A stretch of DNA of 63,359 nucleotides, filler included, from Chiloscyllium plagiosum (lineage: Eukaryota), in NCBI RefSeq assembly GCF_004010195.1. It is 4 parts of 2 records of this genome, joined end to end, with 100 filler letters (N's around TTAATTAATTAA, not from the genome) between each part and the next. Parts side by side here need not be neighbours in the genome. Positions count along the whole stretch, not along the records: positions 1 to 28,526 come from NC_057713.1; positions 28,627 to 57,641 come from NC_057713.1; 2 more parts are not named here. One strand, written 5' to 3'. Positions 25,122 to 37,939 of this stretch are shown here, piece by piece. The notes under the pieces were generated by a model. That model searched no databases. It worked only from the letters and a program-made list of their open reading frames with translations, and was not told the DNA's origin. Numbering within the stretch: the stretch's first letter is position 1; each line of letters begins with the position of its first letter. Position numbers and translations under genes: made by a program.

Positions 25122-25501
25122 AATGGCGACCTAGTTCGAGTGGTGGTGGCATGGCACCAGGGCATGGCTGGGCCTGGGTACCTGACAGAAGAGATGGTGG
25201 CATTCCAGCTGCAGTGGTATGTGGGAACTCAGGGCACCTGAGTATTTACAGATTGAGTGATGGACTTTTTGGTTATGTTTTTCTGGTGGTGAGGATTCAT
25301 GGTGGAGGCGGGGGACTGATCTGGATGTTTCTTTTTCTTTTGGTTGTTCCTTTCATTTCTGCTTCTGTTTTTAATCCTGTCTTTTGTATCCCAAGATGAC
25401 ACCTGAGAGTGGTGATTTTGTACACCTTTCACTGTTTCAGTACATGTAACAAGAAAATCTAAATCTATATCTTTGGTCTTCCTGGACCACTCAGTCTGAG
25501 T

Positions 25502-27007
25502 TGAAACTTTATTGCTGGAACAGCACAGCAGGTCAGACAGCATCTAGGGAACAGAAGATTCGACGTTTCGGGCACATGCCCTTCTTCAGGAATGAGCAGA
25601 GAGTGTTCAGCAGGAGAAGATAAAAGGTAGGGAGGAGGGACTTGGAGGAGGGGCGTTGGAAATGTGATAGGTGGAAAGAGGACAAGGTGAGGGTGATAGG
25701 TCGGAGTAGGGTGGAGGCGGAGAGGGCAAGAAGAAGACTGCAGGCCAGGAAGGCGGTGCCGGGCGGGAGGGATTCGGCTGAGACAAGGTGGGGGGAGGGG
25801 GGATGAAGAAACTGGTGAAGTCCAAGTTCATCCCCTGTGGTTGGAGGGCTCCCAGTCGGAAGATAAGACGCTCCTCCTCCGACCATCGGGTTGTTGTGGT
25901 TTGGCGGTGGATGAGTCCAATGACCTGCATATCCTCGGTGGAGTGGGAGGGGGACTTGAAATGCTGTGCTACAGGGTGATTGGGTTGGTTCGTCCGGATG
26001 GCCCAGAGGTGCTCTCTGNNNNNNNNNNNNNNNNNNNNNNNNNNNNNNNNNNNNNNNNNNNNNNNNNNNNNNNNNNNNNNNNNNNNNNNNNNNNNNNNNN
26101 NNNNNNNNNNNNNNNNNNNNNNNNNNNNNNNNNNNNNNNNNNNNNNNNNNNNNNNNNNNNNNNNNNNNNNNNNNNNNNNNNNNNNNNNNNNNNNNNNNNN
26201 NNNNNNNNNNNNNNNNNNNNNNNNNNNNNNNNNNNNNNNNNNNNNNNNNNNNNNNNNNNNNNNNNNNNNNNNNNNNNNNNNNNNNNNNNNNNNNNNNNNN
26301 NNNNNNNNNNNNNNNNNNNNNNNNNNNNNNNNNNNNNNNNNNNNNNNNNNNNNNNNNNNNNNNNNNNNNNNNNNNNNNNNNNNNNNNNNNNNNNNNNNNN
26401 NNNNNNNNNNNNNNNNNNNNNNNNNNNNNNNNNNNNNNNNNNNNNNNNNNNNNNNNNNNNNNNNNNNNNNNNNNNNNNNNNNNNNNNNNNNNNNNNNNNN
26501 NNNNNNNNNNNNNNNNNNNNNNNNNNNNNNNNNNNNNNNNNNNNNNNNNNNNNNNNNNNNNNNNNNNNNNNNNNNNNNNNNNNNNNNNNNNNNNNNNNNN
26601 NNNNNNNNNNNNNNNNNNNNNNNNNNNNNNNNNNNNNNNNNNNNNNNNNNNNNNNNNNNNNNNNNNNNNNNNNNNNNNNNNNNNNNNNNNNNNNNNNNNN
26701 NNNNNNNNNNNNNNNNNNNNNNNNNNNNNNNNNNNNNNNNNNNNNNNNNNNNNNNNNNNNNNNNNNNNNNNNNNNNNNNNNNNNNNNNNNNNNNNNNNNN
26801 NNNNNNNNNNNNNNNNNNNNNNNNNNNNNNNNNNNNNNNNNNNNNNNNNNNNNNNNNNNNNNNNNNNNNNNNNNNNNNNNNNNNNNNNNNAAGGGCATGT
26901 GCCCGAAACGTCGAATCTTCTGTTCCCTAGATGCTGCCTGACCTGCTGTGCTGTTCCAGCAATAAAGTTTCAGCTTTGATCTCCAGCGTCTGCAGACCTC
27001 ACTTTCT
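25502..27007. mobile_element. Young Penelope-like insertion with inverted termini (centre in gap)
   Basis: GIY-YIG C-terminus EEERLIFRLGALQPQGMNLDF on -; 26891-26970 is the inverted copy of 25503-25583; 15-bp TSD ccactcagtctgagt at 25487-25501 and 27008-27022. Confidence 0.9.
25558..25593 (-). ncRNA. Minimal hammerhead ribozyme (Penelope type), intact core
   Basis: AUUC-CUGAAGA-A-GGGCAUGUGCCC-GAAA-CGUC-GAAU: stem I AUUC/GAAU, stem II, palindromic ACGU replacing helix III, GUC cleavage triplet. Confidence 0.82.
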
Positions 27008-27777
27008 CCACTCAGTCTGAGTCCCAATCCAGCCTATCTCCCTGGGCCCAAAAAGGGGAACTGTAGGCAGGCACTTTGTTTGCTGTATGCAGTCAAGATT
27101 TCTCCCACACTGCAGCCAGCCCAGGACTGAAAACTGGGCCCTGGGGTTCACCATTTCTTGTTGACTTTAGAATTGCAGAAAAATATTAGTTAGTCTGATA
27201 CAAGTAGAACATTGAACTCACTGTCAGGATAAGATTTATGTATCTGCATTTTAAACTTCAGAAGGATGGTCACACCAGACATAGAAACATAATTATCATC
27301 GGAACAGTCCTTTATTCTCCTCAAAACTGCTTATAAAGATTTTTCTATGAATACAGAATTGTGTGATATCTTAAAACACATTTCAATTCTTGACACATTT
27401 CCATTCATAACATATATAATGACAAAGGTGTCACTAAATGCCTGCAAAACACCAACTAAAAACAAACAAAATGAGCAGGCAAATGCATTTCCAAATATTT
27501 TTCCAGAATCTGCACTGTAACTGCAGTTTCCTGGTAATTTGAAGGTATAGATGATCTTTAAAATTTAGGAATAAATATACCATTACAGTAGCAAACAGAA
27601 CGAATGCATTTTGCTCCATGTGCATTCAACAAACTTACTGTCTTTAATTTCTGTGGTTTTCCACTGCATACCCCAGTCAAAGGTGGCTTAATTAATTTTT
27701 ATTTTGTTTTAATAAATTGTGGTCTATTCCTTAAAATAAGTAGGATATGCTAAAAGTACACAAGATTTCAAATTGGA

Positions 27778-28005
27778 GAGAGGTGATGACCTAGTGATAA
27801 TGTCATTGGACTAGGAATCTAGAACCCGGGGCTAATGTCCGTGGATATGGATTTGATTCTTAGCATTGCAGATGGTGAAATAAGAATACAATAAAATCTG
27901 GAATGAAAGCTATGAAACTACTGTCAATTGTCATAAAACACATTTGTTTCATAAAGGTCCTTTAGGGAAAGAAACTACCAATCTTATCTGGTTTGACCTA
28001 CTCTT
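27778..28005 (+). repeat. Old tRNA-headed SINE-like repeat
   Basis: Decayed A/B-box head ggtgatgacctagtgataatgtcattggactag...atggatttgattc followed by a core resembling a common shark SINE. Confidence 0.4.
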
Positions 28006-28196
28006 GATGGTATTCTCGGTGTGAAAAAGAGAGTTTATGTCAACCAGGAGATGTGGTAATTATTTCTACCAAGTACTGTCATGGACAAAGCATCTGTAAC
28101 AATTAGAATAACAAAGATGAGATCAAAGGAAGAAGGTTTAGTTTAATCAGCAAGAGCTTTCTTTGCTCATGTTTGACTTGATGCCATGAAACGACA

Positions 28197-28525
28197 TGGG
28201 TGCAAAACTTGACCTACTCTTGGGAAATAAGGCAGGGCAGGTGACTGAGGTGTCAGTGGTGGAGCACTTTGGGGCCATCGACCATAATTCTATTCGTTTT
28301 AAAATAGTGATGGAAAAGGATAGACCAGATCTAAAAGTTGAAGTTTTAAATTGGAGAAAGGCAAGTTTTACGGTGTTAGGCAAGAACTTTCAAAAGCTGA
28401 TTGGAGGCAGATGTTCGCAGATAAAGGGACGGCTGGAAAATGGGACGCCTTCAGAAATGTGATAACAAGAATCCAGAGAAACTATATTCCTGTCAGGGTG
28501 AAAGGGAAGGCTGGTAGGTATAGGG
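28197..28525 (+). mobile_element. CR1 ORF2 fragment (end of APE endonuclease)
   Basis: GAKLDLLLGNKAGQVTEVSVVEHFGAIDHNSIRF; truncated by gap. Confidence 0.88.
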
Positions 28526-28570
28526 ANNNNNNNNNNNNNNNNNNNNNNNNNNNNNNNNNNNNNNNNNNNN

Positions 28571-28582
28571 TTAATTAATTAA
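28571..28582. other. Artificial contig linker TTAATTAATTAA between N runs
   Basis: Six-frame-stop spacer flanked by about 45 Ns each side; recurs at 57686-57697 and 60780-60792. Confidence 0.9.
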
Positions 28583-28626
28583 NNNNNNNNNNNNNNNNNN
28601 NNNNNNNNNNNNNNNNNNNNNNNNNN

Positions 28627-29397
28627 CCAGTTCCCCAACCACGCGTTCAAGTCCATTATCTCCCTGTTTCTGGCCACACTAGCCCGAGGAACTGGAAGCA
28701 AACCGGAGATAACCACCTTGGACGTCCTGCTTTTCAGCCTTCTTCCTAGTTCTCCGAAGTCTCGCTGTAGTATGTTCCTCCTCTTCTTCCCGACATCATT
28801 TGTGCCGACATGTACCACCACCTCTGGCTCTTCACCCTCGTCCTTGAGGATTTCCTGCACTCTGTCCGTGATATCTTTCATCCTGACACCAGGAAGGCAA
28901 CACACCATCCTTAAATCCCGTCTGCTGCCACAAAAACCCCAGTCAGTTCCTCTCATGATGGAGTCCCCTATTACCACAGCTCTGTGCGAGGTCCGACTCT
29001 TCCACTCTGCCTCTGCGCCAACTTTTGATTGACAGACATGGCCGCTTTGCGAACTGGCAGTGTCATCAGTCTCTGTTTCCAAAAGCTTCAACTTGTTCCT
29101 GACAAGTACTTCTCCTGGGGTCTCTTGCACCTGTCTCCTCTCTGCCTTCCTCATCATCTGCTCTCTTCTGCTCTCTTCTGGTATGGTCGGTGTAATAACC
29201 TCACTGAAGGTCTTGTCCAGAAAGATCTCATTCTCTCGGATGAGCCTAAGGTCCTTGAGTTCTTTCATCAGCGCTGCAATATGCTCGGTCAATAGCTGAA
29301 TGTGCACACACTTTCCACACATATATGAACCAGACACACCAGAGTCGTTGAACTCCCACATCAAGCACGTAGCGCACTGAACCAGCTGGGCAGTCAT
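28627..29397 (-). CDS. CR1 LINE ORF1p (zinc finger/leucine zipper plus SGNH esterase), 3' end in gap
   Basis: CATC...CGKC, coiled coil, AVVIGDSIMRG and VVVHVGTND motifs; open from ATG 29397 to the gap. Confidence 0.88.
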
Positions 29398-29688
29398 GTC
29401 TTCACCCTCTTCAACTGTGGTGTAATCACAGTTAGGTCTGGTTGAGGAAAGTGGTGAGTTCAGTGACCTGTCCTTGGTGAAGATTAACCATGGCAGAAAC
29501 TGCTCCTTACTGAGGTGAAGGTAAGATAAATGCCCACTGAGTATCGCCTTTGATTTGAAAGTTCTCCTTCTCCCCATACATGTGGTTTCTGCCTCCTGCT
29601 ATAACAATCCATTTTCACCAACTGCTACAGCCCAAACTTTTACTGAGCCCAATTTTGTGGTCCAAGTGCTCAAAGCTAACAATTAATA

Positions 29689-30001
29689 TTAGATTAGATT
29701 ACCTACAGTGTGGAAACAGGCCCTTCGGCCCAACAAGTCCACACCGACCCTCCGAAGAGAAACTCAACCCCCTATACTTACCCCTGACTAATCCACCTAA
29801 CACCATGGGCAATTTAGCTTGGCCAATTCACCTAATCTGCATATCTTTGGACTGTGGGAGGAAACCGGAGCACCCGGAGGAAACCCATGCAGACACGGGG
29901 AGAATGTGCAAACTCCACACAGACAGTCGTTCAAGGTGGGAATTGAACCCGAGTCCCTGGCGTTGTGAGGCAGCAGTGCTAACCACTGAGCCACCATGCT
30001 G
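29689..30001 (-). mobile_element. HE1-type SINE
   Basis: Full head, V-domain and ttaga-repeat tail. Confidence 0.92.
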
Positions 30002-30939
30002 GGGCAACCACTGAGCCACCTTGCCGGGTTGTTATTTCATTGGTTCTGTTTATTTTATTTGATTATTTGATTTCCACATGATTTTCTTCGAACCTCCTAG
30101 TAGTTTGTTCCTATTTTCCATCACCATTATATTCAGTACAACTACCTTCAACCACTTCCTTTGTTATCCATTCCGATCAGGTTACACACTGCAATATTTA
30201 ATAGCTGAACCTATTCTGTATGTAACCACATACCAGTTGATCCTAATATGTTGTGTTTCTTGCTACTGATTCTCGCCACTAGTTCCTCGATTTTATTTGG
30301 ATGTTACACACTGTGCTATTCAGACAGTTTAATTTTTCTTTAGTCATTGTTCTTTTCACTTTGTCTTAGACTTCCGTATATTTTTATACTTCTGCTTTTT
30401 GTAATTGTATTTGTTCCCTGAGCATCTAAGTGCAGAATTTTTCTTGACATTGATCTGACAGTGTAATCACAATCTCGTTGTGCATTAATGGATTAGAAGA
30501 CCCTGTGATTGCTGAAAACACAAGGTTCATCAGCTGGGTGATTTGATCTGGTTAGTGAGACCTTAAATTTTGAGGGAAACTGCAATCGATCCAGACTGCA
30601 GCTTCTATTCTGCTGTTGCAAGCTATCAATGCAGAAAGTCATAGAAGGCCTGTTTTCTCTCTGTTGGCTTCAGACACTTGCTTGGTGGAACTACGAACAG
30701 CAGATTGTCTGATTTCCTGACATTCCCTATGCTAGCTAGGAAGAGGTCTGGTGCAAATTGGCTAGATTGACAAAGGTTTACGAGGTTAGATTTTAACCCC
30801 AGGATTGGGTGGGTTGGGGATGGATGGAAAGGAAAATGTCTCAATTATGAATATGCCACTATTAGGCCTATTCCATTTTAACAAAAATAGTTCAAGGAGA
30901 AATCGACCAATCTATTCACAAAAGGTCCGGTCATGTTGT

Positions 30940-31782
30940 CATAGAGTCATAAAGATGTACAGCATCAGTCCAACTCGTCCATGCTGACCAGATATCTAAA
31001 TAAAACTAGGCCCATTTGCCAGCATTTCACCCATATCCATCCAAACTCTTCCTATTCATATACCCATCCAGATGCCTTTTAACTGTTATAATTGTACCAG
31101 CCTTCACCACTTCCTCTGACAACTATTTCCATACACGCACCACCCTCTGAGTGAAAAAATTACCCCTTACATCCCTTTTAAATCTTTCCCCTCTCACCTT
31201 AATATTATGCCCTCTAGTTTTCGATTCCCCCACCCTCGGGTAAAGACCTTGGCTATTCACCCTATCTATGCCCCTCATGATTTTTTAAACCTCTATACGG
31301 TCACCCTGAACTTCTGACGCTCCAGGGAAAAAGGCCCGGCCTATTCAGCATCTCCCTATAACTCAAAACTTCCAGTTTGGCAACATCCTTGTAAATCTTT
31401 TCTGCACTCTCTCAAGTTTCATGGCATCCTTCTTATGAAAGGGTGACCAGAATTGATCACAGTATTCTAGAAGTGACCTAACCAACGTCCTGTAGAGCCG
31501 CAACATGACATTGCAATTCTTTTACTCAACGTTCTGACTAATGAAATGTGTCAAATGCCTTCTTCACCACCCTGTCTACCTGTGCCTCCACTTTTAAGAA
31601 ACTATGCACCTACACCCAGAAGTGTTCCCAGGACACTATCGTTGAACGTGTGCATCCTGCACTGGTTTGCCTTACCAAAATAGGACACCTCATATTTATC
31701 TAAATTAAACTCAACCTGCCACTACATTGTCCATTGGCCCATTTGATCATGTCGCGATTTTCTCTGAGATAATCTTCTTCAA
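30940..31782 (-). mobile_element. CR1/HER1 LINE 3' end
   Basis: Colinear with 23417-24070; catagagtcat tail. Confidence 0.88.
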
Positions 31783-31829
31783 GGTACATGAGGCGCTAAT
31801 CAAGGGAACTTGTGGATGATACGAATTGC

Positions 31830-32260
31830 TACTATTGGTAGTGATTATGCAGGGAGTAAATACTGAAGGTTGTGGATGCCATGCCAGTTAAGCAAGCTGC
31901 TTTCTTGTGGATGGTGCCAGGTTTGTTGTGCATTATTGGAGCTGCACTTATCCAGGTAAGTGGGAGCATTCCATTGTGTTCCTGAATCATGCCCTGTAGA
32001 TGGTAAAAAGGCATTTGCTGCTAGGAGGTGAGTTACTTGCTGCAGAACTGGCAAACTCTGATCTGCTTGTGTAACACCAGTGTTTATAAAGCTGGTTAAT
32101 GGTAAGCCCACAATATTGAATGTGGAGAATTCAGTGATGGTAATGCTATTGAATGTTAAGGGGAGATGGTTGGATTCTCTCTTGTTGAAGAGGGTCATTG
32201 CTTGTGATTTACGTAGTGCAAATGTTATTTCCCTGTCTTCCAACATTTGCAGTCTTTTCA
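31830..32260 (-). mobile_element. Old LINE ORF2 fragment (CR1/L2 group)
   Basis: SNHLPLTFNSITITE...WISAAP..H.KAACL; related pieces at 13840-13990 and 38905-39285 on +. Confidence 0.6.
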
Positions 32261-32494
32261 TTGATAGCTGTTTAGGATCCTTTTAAACGGGTTGTGAATG
32301 GTTCCCTTTTAATTGATAGCATGCTGAGGAGGATTGATAGCAGTGTCAATTAGGTTGAAATAACCTGTGTTTAAAGACCATTACCAATTTATTTTTAATT
32401 GATACCCCACACTCACCCCATCAATTTCTGGTAGGCGTCTGACTTGTGAATTCGAGAACCGCTCAATGATCAAAATGGCTTCACCTCCATAGGT

Positions 32495-32812
32495 GGGCGG
32501 CACGGTGGCACAGTGGTTAGCGCTGCTGCCTCACAGCGCCAGAGACCCGGGTTCAATTCCCGCCTCAGGCGACTGACTGTGTGGAGTTTGCACATTCTCC
32601 CCGTGTCTGCGTGGGTTTCTTCCGGGTGCTCCGGTTTCCTCCCACAGTCATAAAGATGTGCAGGTCAGGTGAATTGGCCATGCTAAATTGCCCGTAGTGT
32701 TAGGTAAGGGGTAAATGTAGGGGTATGGGTGGGTTGCGCTTCGGCGGGGCGGTGTGGACTTGTTGGGCCGAAGGGCCTGTTTCCACACTGTAAGTAATCT
32801 AATCTAAAAAAA
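32495..32812 (+). mobile_element. HE1-type SINE, young
   Basis: gggcggcacggtggcacagtggttagc head, B box ggttcaattcc, taatc-repeat plus A tail; CpGs retained. Confidence 0.95.
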
Positions 32813-34410
32813 CTACTACTGATTAGGACATTCTGCTGACATAGCAAATATGATTTAATGCTTTCTTGCATTTAAACAGATTGAAATTTATGTATTATTC
32901 ATGAGGCATAAAACTCAATCATAACTGTGATTCCGAGAAAAAAAATTGAACAATAAAGGAATTGTGTATATTTAAGGCTGATTCTTGATCATAAGGAGAA
33001 TCAAGGGTTACAGGTAAAAGGCAGGATAGCAGGCATGAGGATTTTCTGATAAGCCATGATCCTATTCAATGGCAGGGCAGGCTCAAAGAGTTGAAAGGAC
33101 TATTCCTTTTCTTATTACTGTCTTATGGTTTTTGTTACATTTTAATATTTAAAAATTTAAGTTACTTAAACTTAATTTTTGCTTAAACTGTACTTAGTAT
33201 TTAAGTTCAGGATTCAAACCCCATGTCTTCTATCCCAAAATTCTGACATTAGTTTCCTGACATTAATTTGAGTTGACTAGAATACTAAATCACTGTTTGT
33301 TAAGTTAAAAAAAACCTCAAAACTATAAACAAAAAAGAGTGGTAAATCTAACAATAACTGATGGCCTCTGATGTTTTCTTTTATTCTATGAATTGGCTTG
33401 GCTTCAGGATGCAGAACTATATAAAGGGAGAAGTTACTGGGAAAGTTCATTCTTCACAGAGAATGCTTATTCTGCTTATTCACTTAATTCACAGAAATGA
33501 TTCTGATTTCTCTCTGCACCTACGTTGTAAGTACTGTGTAGATTATTTCTGTTTATCATCATTTCTTTCATTAGGATCCTGTGGCAAAACGAATATGTAT
33601 TCCTGTCACTTGTATTATAGTTTATTAGTAATACTTAATGTGCAATTGTCATTTTAGAAAGTCAGTAGTTAAAATTATGACTATGTTGTAAACTGTAAAG
33701 CAAGACAAAAGCTCTAACTGACAAATTAAGTCTGTTGTCACATGCTTACTTTGCAAAGAAAGTAAGTTTAAAAGACATTGTTAAAAATGTCTTTACTCAA
33801 ATGCTAGTCAAAATGTACCAGTCTATTAGATAATGTAGAGTCAAAAACATTAAGAAGGTAAGGGAATTCAGGATGCAGTTGAATGCTAATATATCTGATT
33901 ATTGGATGGCTGAGGTTTAAGAGATTAGATGGTCTCCCCTCATCCTTGACTTTTTCCAGTTCTAATCTATCTTTGACATTGCTATGTCTGACCAGAAACT
34001 ATGAATTTTATCTAAGTTTTGCCAAACCTTTATGCACTTTCTCATTGGCAGAATGAAAGTTTCAAAAGCATCATCAAAACATCAAGTGGTGGATTGTATC
34101 TAGTGAACTGACTAACAAAAAGTAAATGACTACTACATTTTACAAGTTATTCATTCATTAATATAGCGATTAACCCCTTAATAGTCATTAGCAGGATCTT
34201 TGACAGCTCCAGTCAAATTCCTTGTAACTGTATCATTTATTCTCCTTGCATGGTATTGACAGAGGCCTCCTTATCTTTAATTTAGATCCTAATAGGCTCC
34301 ACATTCACCAGATCGTCCACCAGTATTTCCATCTGCAATATAATTTCACCATCGAGCTTATCTCTTCTTCATTTTGCTTTCTGATTTTCAAAGGAGTTCA
34401 TCCTTACAAA

Positions 34411-34942
34411 ATAGACAATAGATAATAGACAATAGGTGCAGGAGTAGGCCATTCAGCCCTTCGAGCCTGCACCGCCATTCAATATGATCATGGCTGATCA
34501 TTCCTAATCAGTATCCTCTTCCTGCCTTATCTCCATAACCCTTGATTCCACTATCTTTGAGAGCTCTATCCAACTCTTTCTTAAATGAATCCAGAGACTG
34601 GGCCTCCACTGTCCTCTGTGGCAGAGCATTCCACACAGCCACCACATTCTGGGTGAAGAAGTTTCTCCTCATCTCTGTCCTAAATGGTCTACTCTGTATT
34701 TTTAAGCTGTGTCCTCTGGTTCGGCACTCACCCATCAGCGGAAACATGTTTCCTACTGCCAGAGTGTCCAATCCTTTCATAATCTTATATGTCTCAATCA
34801 GATCCCCTCTCAATCTTCGAAACTCAAGGGTATACAAGCCCAGTCGCTTCAGTCTTTCAGTGTAAGGTAATCCTGCCATTCCAGGAATTGACCTCGTGAA
34901 CCTACGCTGCACTCCCTCAATAGCCAGAATGTCTTTTCTCAA
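34411..34942 (-). mobile_element. CR1/HER1 LINE 3' end, young
   Basis: Open ORF2 C-terminus EGVQRRFTR...RRLRGDLIETYK...TRGHSLK...WNALP; tattgtc-repeat tail; possible TSD caaaata. Confidence 0.93.
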
Positions 34943-35691
34943 AATACATTTGTTTCCATTGCCATCTATCCTATTTTCTGTACCTTTGTTCTGACACTTC
35001 CATGTGTAACATCTGACAATCCATCTCCTCCTAAACCTTTAGCTAGAATATCAAATACTGGTCTAATTTTTAACAATAATTTATTTATATTTATTACAAG
35101 CTAATGTACTGTATTTATTGTCGATGGTACTCTCCTTTGTACTGGGAAGTTCATATCAAGGTTAGGTGATTGATTTGAAAACAAATGACCACAAGAGGGA
35201 TCCAGGGCTTCCTGAGGCTGCCCAGTGAAAATAGTTATCCTTCATTTGCATTCTAGACTATTTCAAAGTAGGGTAAATATAAACCGAAGAACAGTGTTTA
35301 AAATTTCTCCTGGACATTGTGCATGTCTGTGATCTGAACACTAACTCGTAACTTCAGACTCTGCGCATTTTTCCAACAATGTAGTTTTACTGAGCCTCTT
35401 CATGTGTACTGTGATTTCGTTTTGAATTTCACAGGCCCTTCATCCTTTTGTCTTATATGTTTACATAGCCTTCTTTAAATCTGACAATGCTAATCACCTC
35501 AACTATTCCTTGTGTTGCTAATTTCCACTCTCTGGGTAAAGAGGTTTTTACTGAATTCCTCATTGGATTGAATGGTGCTTAGTTTTTATATCCTGTCCCT
35601 TGTTCTGGTGTTCCCAATGAGTGGCAATACCTTCTGACATCGACCTTGCCTTAACTTTCATAATGTTAATCCTTATTTTCACTCCTGGGTT

Positions 35692-37024
35692 AGGAGTGTA
35701 GATTTGGGACTTGGCTCAGGAAAAGTGAGCCAGAGGGTCTGTATTTCATTCTGGGTGGCCCAGCCCTCTGCAAGGTAGGCTTATTGATCCTGAAATGAGA
35801 ACAGAAGCCACAAGTTGTGCAGGTGAGCTGTATGGAAGACTTGCCCCAGCACACTGGCAATGTATTAAAATTTAATAAAACATAGAACAGCACTTCAGCT
35901 CTACTACAGCCCTTCAATACACTCCACATGCCCCATTTGTACCAATCCATGCCATTCATGCACCCGCTAATCTTTGTTGCTCCTTATATCCCCATGCCAA
36001 ACTATGTCCATCTACGCATTCCACATAGACTCTTATACCCTCCAAACCAATCTATGCTTCACCCTATGACCCTTTATAGACCTATTCCAAATTAGTGCCA
36101 ACTTATGCTAAGCAAACCACAACCCTTTGCTTTCATATCTACCATGCCAACTGACCTAGTGTTCCCCATGGACAGACTGAGGAACCCATGCAGAAATTAT
36201 GTAAAATGAACTTCTACAAATTGACGTCCTAAATGTCTGAAGCTGGCTTACTACATTGAAAAAAAAACACTTATTCATAAAACCCATTTAATATATTTAC
36301 ATTTCTTCAACTTAATAATGCCATAGAACGCAAACATTTCATTCAAGTACACAATCCATTATAGCATGCACTCTAAACTCATTATGGCATATCTAGTGGT
36401 CTATAACTACTTGTAGCTGTTAATCAAATTGTAGTCATTTCACTGTGATAATGATTGGCTATATTCATTTATATGAATGAGAGTGCTTCACTCAACAGAA
36501 TATAGTCTGCAATTTAGAACAGTAATTAATAGAACTTTTTATTTCTTTCCATGCATGGGTATTTATGAATTACAGGCAAGTTGGTAGGTGCAGGGAAAAG
36601 GCCGCTGGGTAGAAATAGGCATGGGGGTTTGAAATGCCATGAGGATTGGACAGAAGTATATGAGGAGGTCATCAGGTTGGGAAAAGTTTGATAGATGTAG
36701 GAAGTTCAAGGGCTATGGGGATGGGTATAGGACAATAGGTGGCATGGGTTAGCACACATGGAGTGTGGGGAGGATGTGGGAATGAAGAGATGTCAAGGGT
36801 GAGAGCTGGAGGAATGTTTTATATCTTCTTATCCCTGTATTTCAATTTTTCACCACAGTGCTGGAGCCCTAACCTTTCACCCAACCCGTCTCAGGGGTTA
36901 GCTGTTTCTGAGTTATTCCGCCTGCCACCTGGAGAGTGCAGTTGGGCATTTTTAAAAGCCTGGCTTATATAGCTAGTAATTCTTCGACTTGTGCACACCC
37001 AACCTCGAGACAAAATTCACGCCC
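35692..37024. mobile_element. Old non-autonomous, quasi-palindromic DNA-transposon-like element
   Basis: ccatgcc-rich left arm and ggcatgg-rich right arm; imperfect terminal inverted repeats; 36470-36830 resembles 23330-23416 plus 24073-24340. Confidence 0.45.
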
Positions 37025-37939
37025 ATGTCCTTTTCCTCTCTAGCCAAACCACAGTCTCAGAGCAGGGTAAGGACAAAATAGTCAGTATCTGTGAAGGTGA
37101 CTGTGACAATGAACTCATATGTGACTCTTTCCAGTATGATGCTTGAGATATTTGCAATAACTTGCAGTTTGTCATTAGCATTGTATAAGGTGGGGCAGTA
37201 TGGCTCTCTGCTCAATGACAGTCAATTATATTTCATCTTATTTTGCTAGAGAAAAGCAGAGACGATAAACACATTGGTTCACAAGGGTTGCAACTTTGCC
37301 ATTATTCAGGGCACTATAGACTGCATAACATGCAGGCTAATGCCCACTATTCTGGCAGATGTCATGATGCCTTTAATCTGCAGCAGCCCACAATAGTCAT
37401 GGCATTTGAGTCACCTTAGCAAACTGAATTTGTGATTACTAGATAATAAAGGTTATCATCTGAGCACAAGGCTTGTGCAATGAAACCTGTGCTGCTACAT
37501 AAAATATAGAATGAACCAAAAGTATCACTTTTACTGTCTAGCCTTTTCTAAAGGAATCCTGCAGTACTGGGCAGAACAGGTCAAGATTTATCTACATACT
37601 ACATACTGTGTAATCGTACCACCATAAGGGGCAGTCATAGCTACCAATGATACAGTAAATATTTTAGGTGCATGAAAAGGAAAGAGGAGCAGGAGAAAGA
37701 GGGGAGGAAGATAATAAATACACAACCTAGACACATCCTTTCTGCCTGGAGCAGTGTTCAGTCCCTGCTCTGGCTCTGAACTCATGTTTTCTCTGGACTT
37801 TATCCCTCCAACTGAAATTCTTTCTCCAAAATAATAAATGAAAGCTTCACCAGCAAACAAACTGAAAAATTGTTGAAGTCCGATGATGTTAGGATGGTTG
37901 AAATAGGCAGTATTAGGGATTAACATGTTGTCAGAGCTC

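Noticed and set aside
25841..27027. ORFs of 316-366 aa in the track
   Set aside because: They are translations through an N gap.
28579..29577. Host GDSL/SGNH esterase gene of 332 aa
   Set aside because: It is CR1 ORF1p; the upstream ~60 codons are probably UTR/flank, and homologous fragments recur at 60055 and 60836.
32495..32570. tRNA-like sequence with A and B boxes
   Set aside because: SINE head without a closed acceptor stem; not a tRNA gene.
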